Of a DNA stretch of 64,000 nt, positions 20,610-28,719 are shown piece by piece. This DNA is from Candidatus Eiseniibacteriota bacterium (GTDB lineage Bacteria > Eisenbacteria > RBG-16-71-46 > CAVPCR01): positions 1,024,001 through 1,088,000 of the forward strand of contig CAWGMA010000001.1 of assembly GCA_963823555.1 (NCBI GenBank). The letters are read 5' to 3'. Both the position numbers and the translations under genes were made by a program. The notes under the pieces are model-generated. The model saw only the letters and a program-made list of their open reading frames with translations. It ran no database searches and was not told the origin of the DNA. Numbering within the stretch: position 1 is the stretch's first letter; every line of letters starts with the position of its first letter.

Positions 20610-21791
20610 ATGTTCAAGCTGGCACTCCTTCTCGCTGTGCTTGCGGCATGCTCGGTATCACTGAGTCACGCAGACACGTGGGTCGTTCCGGATGATGCCC
20701 TGACCGTTCAGCTGGCCATCGATGGCGCGACCTCCGGCGACACGGTGCTCGTCCGTCCTGGCACGTATGTCGAGAACCTGCTTCTTCTCGGCAAGTCGCT
20801 GCGCATCGCCTCGCTCTCCGGTCCTGAGGCGACCATCATCGACGGCAGCGCGCCGACGCGGCCCGATACGATGAGCGTCCTCTGCGCCATCGGCCCGCTC
20901 GAGCTCGCCCTTGACGGGTTCACGCTCAGGAATGCCCTGGGGGGGACGACCATCGGGCAGGGCGCTCCAGGCAACTCGGGGGCCGGGCTCGCTCTCTATA
21001 GCGTCGATGGCTCGATCACGAACTGCGTCATCGAGAATAACTACTGTGGGGGGTCCGGCGGTGGGATTCACCTCTTCGCCAGCTCGCCCCGGATTGCCGA
21101 CTGCGTCATTCGACAGAATCAGTGCCTGGGAAACGGGGGTGGTGTCGACGTCTTCGTCTGCTCGCCGACCATTGAGCGCTGCTCGATCACGGACAACGGC
21201 ACGGACTCGACCTGGCTCGGGGGGGGGATCGGGATCTACTTCGGATCGCCGGTGGTCCGAGATTGTGAAGTCCGTCGGAATCAGGGACGTGTTGGTTGTG
21301 GTATCGGGACCCAGGCTACATCGAGCCCTCAGTTGATCGGGCTGCTGATTGCTGAGAACAATCCGCTCGCCGATCTCAATACCGGTAGTGCATTGAGCGT
21401 CGAGGAGGGCAGCGCGCGAATCGAGAACTGCACCATCGTCGGCAATCGCGCCGCAGTCGATGTGTATCTTTCCGGTAATTCCGTGATGAGCCGGTCGATT
21501 GTGGCGTTCAACCTGTGGGGCGAGGCCGTTCGCTGCCGGGGCGACGCCCGGATCGAGTGCTGCGATCTGTTCGGCAACGAGGGGGGCGACGAGCTCTGCG
21601 GCATCGACTCGGGCGGCAACTTCTCTCTTGATCCCCTCTTCTGCACCGACTACTTGCTCGCCGAATCCTCGCCCTGTGCGTCCGCCAACGCCCCCGCGGG
21701 ATGCGGCTTGATCGGGGCGCTCGAAGTCGGGTGCACAGGCGCGGTCGAAGCGAGTTCCTGGGGCGGGATCAAGATGCGGTACCGGCGCTGA
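20610..21791 (+). CDS. secreted beta-helix protein, paralog P3
   Basis: GGAGG RBS, signal peptide, core closest to P1; tail SSWGGIKMRYRR. Confidence 0.85.
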   Translation: MFKLALLLAVLAACSVSLSHADTWVVPDDALTVQLAIDGATSGDTVLVRPGTYVENLLLLGKSLRIASLSGPEATIIDGSAPTRPDTMSVLCAIGPLELALDGFTLRNALGGTTIGQGAPGNSGAGLALYSVDGSITNCVIENNYCGGSGGGIHLFASSPRIADCVIRQNQCLGNGGGVDVFVCSPTIERCSITDNGTDSTWLGGGIGIYFGSPVVRDCEVRRNQGRVGCGIGTQATSSPQLIGLLIAENNPLADLNTGSALSVEEGSARIENCTIVGNRAAVDVYLSGNSVMSRSIVAFNLWGEAVRCRGDARIECCDLFGNEGGDELCGIDSGGNFSLDPLFCTDYLLAESSPCASANAPAGCGLIGALEVGCTGAVEASSWGGIKMRYRR

Positions 21792-21841
21792 GTCTCGACG
21801 ACTCTGCGCGCTCCTGTCACGCGCAGGAGGAGCCAGGATCA

Positions 21842-21878
21842 GGAGGCGATCTTCCTCATCGCGAAGAAGATCGCCTCC
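21842..21878. terminator. hairpin between convergent genes
   Basis: Perfect 13-bp stem GGAGGCGATCTTC / GAAGATCGCCTCC with an 11-nt loop. Confidence 0.55.
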
Positions 21879-21911
21879 CGAACTCACCGCTTGACGAGCG
21901 GTCGTTCCATG

Positions 21912-23153
21912 CTATCGCTCGCGTACCAGCCTGCCTCCGACGTTCTGAGCGTCGTCGGTCATCCGGTAGAAGTAGACGCCTGCTGGCACCCGGCGTCCCG
22001 CCGCATCGCGTCCGTTCCAAACCACAACCGAGCTTCCCTTGCTGCCTAGTTCAGCCACCTGGCGCCCCGTCACGTCGAAGATGGTGATGGGAAGAGCCAG
22101 CGTGCCGTCGAAGACGAAGGTAGCCGCGGTCGAGAACGGATTCGGCCCGACGCGGAGGCGACCCGGAACCGGTACGTCGAGCGGCTCGGCGATCGCGGCG
22201 CCACCGGCACCATAGCGCCAGACCCGACCGATACCGGCCGCGCTCCGGCCCACCGACCATCCGCACTCGGCGGCGGCGAAGTCGATATCCGAGGCCAGGT
22301 AGTCGGCCGGGAACGAGTAGGGAGTCCAGTCGATGCCGCTGTTGGTCGAGTGGAAGTGCCCGTTCTGCTGTGTCAGACCCCACACCGCCGGGGAGTCCTC
22401 GACCCAGGAGAAGGCCATGAGTCGCGCCGACGTGGGACTCGTCACCAGGTTCCAGGTGGCACCCGAATCGGTCGAGCGGTCGAGGGCGTCGAGGTCGCCG
22501 CCGATGAGAGCGACCCCGCTCTCATCGAGCGCGAGGCCGGCGACCTGCCGCACATCGGTCGTGATCGGGTTCCAGCTCGCGCCGCCATCGGTGGTCCGCC
22601 ACACGACCCACTGGCTCGTGCCAAAGGCGCCGATGGTCGAGCCGATCCAGGAGCAGGAGCCGGAAAGGCCGAACCCCGGGCCTGCGGCCGGCGCGGTGGG
22701 CGAGGGCAACCATGAGGCCCCGCCGTCCGCCGTCTCGAGGATCACCCAGCTTCCGCCCACGGGATCCCCCACAGCCCAGCCATGGAGGTCATCGAAGAAG
22801 CAAAGGCCGTTGATGAACGACCCCGTCGCCGTGGCGACGAGATCCCAGTTTGCTCCGCCGTCAGTCGTACGGAAGAGACGTCCCGTCTCGTCACCGACAA
22901 CGCAGGTCATTGCATCGCGAGCGCTCAGCGCCCAGATGTCGCCGCTCGGAGCAGGCACCGGTTCCCAGTTCGCCCCACCGTCCACGGTGCGAATGACCAT
23001 CCCGCCGTCGCCGGCGGCCCAGGCGATCTCCGTGGTGACCGCGTCGACCGCATACAAGGCCTGGGACGCGTTGGCGACCTGCTCGACCCAGACGCCGCCC
23101 CAGGCCAGCCCAGGCGCCAGCATGCAGAAGAGAAAGAGTGAAAGGACTCTCAT
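21912..23153 (-). CDS. secreted YCF48/BNR-repeat beta-propeller protein with C-terminal FlgD-Ig/T9SS-like domain
   Basis: Signal peptide, repeated RTxDGGANW boxes, GPNPF...IFDVTGRQV...WNGRD...GVYFYR. Confidence 0.85.
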   Translation of the reverse strand: MRVLSLFLFCMLAPGLAWGGVWVEQVANASQALYAVDAVTTEIAWAAGDGGMVIRTVDGGANWEPVPAPSGDIWALSARDAMTCVVGDETGRLFRTTDGGANWDLVATATGSFINGLCFFDDLHGWAVGDPVGGSWVILETADGGASWLPSPTAPAAGPGFGLSGSCSWIGSTIGAFGTSQWVVWRTTDGGASWNPITTDVRQVAGLALDESGVALIGGDLDALDRSTDSGATWNLVTSPTSARLMAFSWVEDSPAVWGLTQQNGHFHSTNSGIDWTPYSFPADYLASDIDFAAAECGWSVGRSAAGIGRVWRYGAGGAAIAEPLDVPVPGRLRVGPNPFSTAATFVFDGTLALPITIFDVTGRQVAELGSKGSSVVVWNGRDAAGRRVPAGVYFYRMTDDAQNVGGRLVRER

Positions 23154-23174
23154 TGCTTCATCACCTCCCTCGCC

Positions 23175-23552
23175 TTATGGTGGGCAAGCAGAAGGTTGCC
23201 ACATCGACTCACACGAATCAGAGAGGTCGGAACACGCCCCCGACTCCTCATCCCAGTAGCGTTCGACCAGGTACTTCTGATGACCGCTTGGGTCATACTC
23301 GCAATCGCAAATGCTGTTATCTGGACCTTCGTAGATTAGCGTCCACTCGTTGTCCCCGCAGTGCTTGCGGTAGAACTTGAAGCAGGCGAAGTCACCAGCA
23401 TGAACAGTAATCTGGATTCCCCAACCCGACACCTCACAGCGCGAGACGCAGGATGTGAACGTCGGATCACAGGGGGGGGATTGACCCCAAGCAAGTGCAG
23501 GGAGGACTACAAGTACTCCGATGAGGACGGCCGTGGCCATCGTCGGTCTCAT
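23175..23552 (-). CDS. small secreted Cys-rich protein (125 aa, 10 Cys)
   Basis: AAAGGAGG RBS and signal peptide MRPTMATAVLIGVLVVLPALAWG. Confidence 0.75.
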   Translation of the reverse strand: MRPTMATAVLIGVLVVLPALAWGQSPPCDPTFTSCVSRCEVSGWGIQITVHAGDFACFKFYRKHCGDNEWTLIYEGPDNSICDCEYDPSGHQKYLVERYWDEESGACSDLSDSCESMWQPSACPP

Positions 23553-23606
23553 TGGGCCTCCTTTGGGTCCTGAGGACCCGGCAAAAGCCCGGGACGCGCA
23601 CCCCTG

Positions 23607-23635
23607 AGTTTGCCGCTGTCCATTCTCCACGTCAA
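23607..23635 (-). promoter_or_regulatory. putative sigma70 promoter
   Basis: TTGACG-N17-CAAACT on the minus strand upstream of ATG 23552. Confidence 0.5.
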
Positions 23636-23690
23636 GGGGTGACTTTCCGGGTCAAGGCCCGTGAGTGGCCATTCCGGGGGGACTTAGCAA

Positions 23691-23714
23691 AATCTAAAAG
23701 AACAATTGTAGATT
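23691..23714. promoter_or_regulatory. palindromic operator-like site, copy 2
   Basis: AATCTAAAAG-AACA-ATTGTAGATT between the divergent Cys-rich genes. Confidence 0.6.
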
Positions 23715-23812
23715 CGCGTTCTGGACGCGTATGGGGGTTCGAGGATATGATCCTGTCTTGCGTGAATGTTGTCCCGGCGCTGGGTGTGACGTGTGGCTTC
23801 TGGAGGGCAACA

Positions 23813-24259
23813 ATGAAAGTCATTGCCGTTGCGGTGGCTATAGCGATCGTCGGTGGATTTCCCGCGTGGCTGCAGTCGGGTCCACTGTGGTCTTGTTACA
23901 TTTCGGTGTGTATCTATGAGGATAGCGATCCTCCCTGCTCAAGCTGTCCAGATACATTGGTTTGCCAGCCTGTCTACGTGAGTCGGAAGATCTGCTGGCA
24001 GTGGCATGGCGATCCCTGTGGGGAGGACGCCGTATGTGGGGTGGACACGTTTAGAGTGTACAGAGACGAAACTCTTATCGCGACCGTGGAGTGTCCGCCA
24101 TCTTGCTACTGCCACTCGACCCCACCGCATACTGTGAGTGGGTGCTTTCGAATTGGCGATTCCGGCTACAATAGCCAGGAGTGCTACACCTACACGGTCA
24201 AGTCATACCTGAATGGTGATCAGAATGGAGAGATGAGTGTCCTGGCTGGCGATTGTTAG
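23813..24259 (+). CDS. small secreted Cys-rich protein A (148 aa, 14 Cys)
   Basis: GGAGG RBS, signal peptide, clear paralog of 33072-33524. Confidence 0.85.
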   Translation: MKVIAVAVAIAIVGGFPAWLQSGPLWSCYISVCIYEDSDPPCSSCPDTLVCQPVYVSRKICWQWHGDPCGEDAVCGVDTFRVYRDETLIATVECPPSCYCHSTPPHTVSGCFRIGDSGYNSQECYTYTVKSYLNGDQNGEMSVLAGDC

Positions 24260-24314
24260 GGCCCGAGCACGTCTTTCGCTTGTGCTGCGGAATCGCCTCG
24301 ATGAGGTGCAGTCC

Positions 24315-25505
24315 ATGATGTATCTCTTGATCTTCGCGTTTCTTCTATGCAGTGGGATGCCAGCTGCCGTGACCGCCGAGACCTGGGTCGTGCCCGATCA
24401 GTTCTTGACCATCCAGGGGGCGATCGACGCATCATCGAACGCCGACTCGATCGTGGTCCGTCCCGGCACATACATCGAGAATCTTCTGATTGCAGGCAAG
24501 TCCATCACGCTCGCCTCGCTCCATGGTCCTGATGTCACCGTGATCGATGGTAGCGCGCCGACCCGACCCGACACGCTGAGCGTGGTCACAGCGATCGAGG
24601 TCGAGGATCTGGTCATCGACGGATTCACGATCCGCCATGGCCTGGGTGGCATCGACTTCGGCGAGCTGACCGGGGGCGACTCCGGAGGGGGCTTCGCCCT
24701 CGGGGCCGTGCGCGGCGTGATCCGCCACTGCGTGATCGAGGACAACTACTGCGGCGGACAGGGTGGGGGCTTGCACCTTGTGGCCAGCGATCCTCGGATC
24801 GAAGACTGTGTCATCCGTGACAACGAGTGCTTCGGTAATGGGGGTGGGGTCAACATCTTCCTGGGGTCTCCCGTGATCGAGCGTTGCGCCATCGAGAACA
24901 ACACCGCTGGCTACGCCGGGGGAGGCGTCTTCATGCGTTTCAGCATGCCGCAGATCACCGATGCCCGTGTGGCCGGCAACCACGCTCGTTATGGAGGTGG
25001 CCTGTATTCCGAACAGTCATCCAGCCCCGCGGTGACGAGATCGGTGTTCTCCGGCAACTCCACCGACAGTGGGGAGGGGGCCGGCGGTGGGATTGCATGC
25101 CGGGATGGCAGCCCGCGGGTCGAGCATTGCACGGTTGTCGGGAACCTTAGCCCCTTGGGGGGCTCGGGCGTCTGGTTCAGCAACGTGTTGAGCGCAGTCC
25201 TTGCGCACTCGATCGTAGCCTTCAACGACGGGGGGCCGGGCTTGGTCTGCGGGGGGTCTTTGACGGTTGAATGCAGCGACATCTTCGGGAACGGCGGCGG
25301 CGATGAGCTCTGCGGCACCGATCTGGGAGGGAATTTCGCACTCGATCCGCTCTTCTGCAGCGACTACTCGCTCGCCGAGTCCTCGCCCTGTGCGTCCGCC
25401 AATGCGCCGGCGGGCTGCGGCCTGATCGGGGCGCTCGACGTGGGCTGCACCGGCGCGGTCGAAGCGAGCTCCTGGGGTCGGATCAAGGCGAGATACAGCA
25501 ATTGA
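24315..25505 (+). CDS. secreted beta-helix protein, paralog P4
   Basis: GAGGTG RBS, signal peptide, core closest to P6; tail SSWGRIKARYSN. Confidence 0.85.
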   Translation: MMYLLIFAFLLCSGMPAAVTAETWVVPDQFLTIQGAIDASSNADSIVVRPGTYIENLLIAGKSITLASLHGPDVTVIDGSAPTRPDTLSVVTAIEVEDLVIDGFTIRHGLGGIDFGELTGGDSGGGFALGAVRGVIRHCVIEDNYCGGQGGGLHLVASDPRIEDCVIRDNECFGNGGGVNIFLGSPVIERCAIENNTAGYAGGGVFMRFSMPQITDARVAGNHARYGGGLYSEQSSSPAVTRSVFSGNSTDSGEGAGGGIACRDGSPRVEHCTVVGNLSPLGGSGVWFSNVLSAVLAHSIVAFNDGGPGLVCGGSLTVECSDIFGNGGGDELCGTDLGGNFALDPLFCSDYSLAESSPCASANAPAGCGLIGALDVGCTGAVEASSWGRIKARYSN

Positions 25506-25630
25506 TTGAAAGCCAAGGTGTTAGCTGTCACCTGCAGAGTCGAGAAGAAGGGGGAGACTAAAATCCGTTAATACCCCTTTGTGGCTGTCCCGGGGGTTCG
25601 AGCGGCCTGTCGCTCCGGGGGATAGGAGAG

Positions 25631-26669
25631 GGGGCGATCGACGGATCGGTCAATGCGGACACGATCCTGGTCCGGCCGGGGACGTACGTCGAGAATCTGG
25701 TGGTGATCGACAGGTCCCTGACCATTTGGGCGCTGAGCGGCCCCGAGGGGACCGTGATCGATGGCCGGGCCCCGACTCGTCCCGACACTCTGAGCGCCAT
25801 ATGCGTTCTCTACTCTGATCCCAAGGAGCTTGTGGTCGACGGGTTCACGATCCGCAACGGCAGCGGGTCGACCTTCGCCGGCCTGACAGCAAGCTCGGGC
25901 GGCGGCCTGTTCCTGGCACAGGCGAATGGCAACATCAAGAACTGCGTGATCGAAGACAATGAGGTCGAAGGAGACGGCGGCGGGATCTACATGGTCTCCT
26001 CTTCGCTCACCATCACCGACTCGGTCATTCGCGGCAATCGAGCCAACGCCGGTGGAGCGCTTGCCGGGTTCTTGAGTGCCCTGGTGCTCGAGCGGTCCAC
26101 TGTGGAGCAGAATGTTGCCGCGGTGCGAGGCATTTTGATAGTTGGGTCCGCGGAAGTCACGGATTGCGTCATGCGCGGCAACCGGCAGTCCGGGCCCGGG
26201 CACATGATCTTTGTCTCCTTCATGGTGATGAGGCGAACGCTGGTCGTAGGGAATGGTGGCACGGAGCATGGCATTACCTTTCTTGGCGCCGCAAGCGGTG
26301 TGATCGATCAGAGCACCGTGGTGGGAAACGACTGCACGGCCATTGACGTTGGGCCGATGTTTCAGGCGATTTCTCACGTGGTCGTGGCCAACAACACCGG
26401 TCGCGGCTTGCAGTGCTCGGTCGGGACGGAGCTCGAGTGCAACGACATCTTTGAAAACGCGCTCGGCGACGAGCTGTGTGGAACCGACCTTGGAGGCAAC
26501 ATCCACCTCGATCCCCAGCTCTGCGCGGACTATTCGCCCTCGACATCGTCTCCATGCGCGCCCGCGAAACTCACCCGGGGGATGCTGGTTGATTGGCGCG
26601 CTGGACGTGGGATGCACCGGAGCGGTCGAGGATGTAAGCTGGGGGAGCGTCAAGGCGCTTTATCGCTAG
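25631..26669 (+). pseudogene. beta-helix paralog P5 lacking start and signal peptide, with a frameshift near 26575
   Basis: Homology begins at GAIDGSVNADTILVRPGTYVE; in-frame TAA at 25559 upstream; tail LIGALDVGC...VSWGSVKALYR is in another frame. Confidence 0.7.
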
Positions 26670-26685
26670 CCATGACTGATCGGGG

Positions 26686-28719
26686 ATGAACGGGGGGATT
26701 GCCGTGCGCGGGTACCGCGGTTTCATCGACGCCGTGGTTGCGGTCCTGGTCGCGCTGGCCTTGGCCCATGGTTGCGGCTCCGAGCCGACGAGCGTGCGGG
26801 TCCCGAACCAGCCGCCGCGGATCCGGCTCACGGCGGGGCCGGTGCGCGACTCCCTCCACAGCTATCGGGTCACCTTCGAGTGGACGGCCTTCGATCCCGA
26901 CGGCGTGATCGCCGGGTTCGAGTACGCGCTCGACGACACGAGCGTTGCCGACTCCCTTCACGCTACCGCTGAAACAGCCGTTACCCTCCGCCTGCCGATC
27001 GTCGAGGAGGGAAAGAGCGCCGTCGACACGCTCGCCGCCTACCACGTCTTCCACGTCCGGGCTGAAGATGGGGAGGGCCTCTGGTCCGCCTTCGCCCGCG
27101 CCCGCTTCAACGCCTACACCGTGGCACCGACGACGACCATCACGCTCCCCGATCCGCGCTTCTATCCCCGGGTCGGCACCACCTTCGACGTGCTCTGGAC
27201 GGGGGAGGATCTCGACGGCGGCGGGGCGCCGCTCCGCCACTCGTTCCGCCTCGTCTCGGTGCCGCCGGAGAGCGCGGAGGTGGTGGATGTCGGCCGGCTC
27301 GAACGCCCGGGCGGCGGGCCGCCGTGGTCCCCCTTCAGCGCGGAGACCAGGGCCCGCTTCGAGGCGCTGCCCGCGGGTGCGTATCTCTTCGGCGTGCGCG
27401 CCCGCGACGAGGCGGGGGCCACCGAGCCCGACCTCCTGATCGGGCGGAACGTGGTGCGGCTCCGGCTCGTCACCGAGCCCGGGCTTCCTGAGCTCACGCT
27501 CACCGCCGATGGCCGGACAGTTGTGCTGCCCACAGAAGAGGAGGATGAGAAGACCTTCTCCATGATCTCCGGGCAGTACAAGCTCTTCACGATCGAGGCC
27601 AGCGCGGCCGCCTACGCCGCGCAGATCGTCGAGCTCGCCTACGGCGTCGATCTCGAGAGCGTGGATCCCGGCGATCCCGGCTGGCGTCCGCTCGCGGGGA
27701 ACGAGCTCGCGCTCCGGCTCGAGAACCCGCCCGGGGTCGAGGACTCGCTGCGCGTCCTCTATCTCAAGGTGAGGGATTCGATCGGGCAGTATCTCATCGC
27801 CGATGCGTTCCTCGCCCTCGGGCCGCCCGACTTCTCGCGCGATGTCCTCTACGTCGACGACATCGGGAACGACCGGCAGGGGAGCGCCGCCGCGCCGGCC
27901 GATACCGATCACGATCGGTTCATGATGGAAGTGCTCCTCGCCGAGGCGCATCGCCGCGGGTACCGGCTCGACCAGTACGAGGTGCAGCGGGCGGATGGCG
28001 GGATCATCGTCGGCGCCCCGGACCTGGCCATGCTCCGCCGCTACCGGCTGCTGGTGTGGAGCGTGCGTGCGACCAACACCGGCCTCCAGGCGACCATGGC
28101 GCCCGGCGCTCCCGGCGGCCCGACATCGGAAGCCGTGGCCGAGTACATGGCACTCGGGGGGAACCTGTGGCTCGTCGGGAATCCGGCGCTCGCCAACCTC
28201 GCCCTGCCGCCGACACCGAACCCCTACGGCTATGCCGCAGGCGAGCTCGGCTACGACGTGCTGCATCTCGAGAGCGAGCGCGATGGCAGCCAGATCGTGG
28301 CCGGCGGCATCCTCCAGGCCGGGCGATCGCTCCTCAACCGCCGGATCGACGGCCTCGCCGCGGCGGTGCCGACGGCTTTGGCCCGGGCCGAGGGCTGGCC
28401 CGAGCTCATCGCCGCGCGGGAGCCGTACAACGGAACCATCGAGGGCATCCCCGGCTGCGAGGGGATGACGATCGGCTACAACCACGGCGCCCGCCCCGGC
28501 GTCTTCGATACGCTCTACACCTTCTATCCGAACGCGCAGCGCCTGGTGCCGCCGGTCTACTCGCGGTTCACCGACGCGCCGTGCGCCTTCCGTTACCAGG
28601 GTCCGCTCGGCGGCAAGGTGATCGCCATGGCCTTCCCCGTCGACTGGTGGGCGGACGGAGCGGCCGATAGCCTCGGCCAGAGCGCGCTCCGCTGGTTCTT
28701 CCCGGAGGAGCCACGGTGA
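26686..28719 (+). CDS. putative lipoprotein with Ig/Fn3-like repeats, function unknown
   Basis: Hydrophobic N-terminus with lipobox-like LAHGC; NQPP...W.AFDPDG and HVRAED/GVRARD beta-sandwich motifs. Confidence 0.7.
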   Translation: MNGGIAVRGYRGFIDAVVAVLVALALAHGCGSEPTSVRVPNQPPRIRLTAGPVRDSLHSYRVTFEWTAFDPDGVIAGFEYALDDTSVADSLHATAETAVTLRLPIVEEGKSAVDTLAAYHVFHVRAEDGEGLWSAFARARFNAYTVAPTTTITLPDPRFYPRVGTTFDVLWTGEDLDGGGAPLRHSFRLVSVPPESAEVVDVGRLERPGGGPPWSPFSAETRARFEALPAGAYLFGVRARDEAGATEPDLLIGRNVVRLRLVTEPGLPELTLTADGRTVVLPTEEEDEKTFSMISGQYKLFTIEASAAAYAAQIVELAYGVDLESVDPGDPGWRPLAGNELALRLENPPGVEDSLRVLYLKVRDSIGQYLIADAFLALGPPDFSRDVLYVDDIGNDRQGSAAAPADTDHDRFMMEVLLAEAHRRGYRLDQYEVQRADGGIIVGAPDLAMLRRYRLLVWSVRATNTGLQATMAPGAPGGPTSEAVAEYMALGGNLWLVGNPALANLALPPTPNPYGYAAGELGYDVLHLESERDGSQIVAGGILQAGRSLLNRRIDGLAAAVPTALARAEGWPELIAAREPYNGTIEGIPGCEGMTIGYNHGARPGVFDTLYTFYPNAQRLVPPVYSRFTDAPCAFRYQGPLGGKVIAMAFPVDWWADGAADSLGQSALRWFFPEEPR

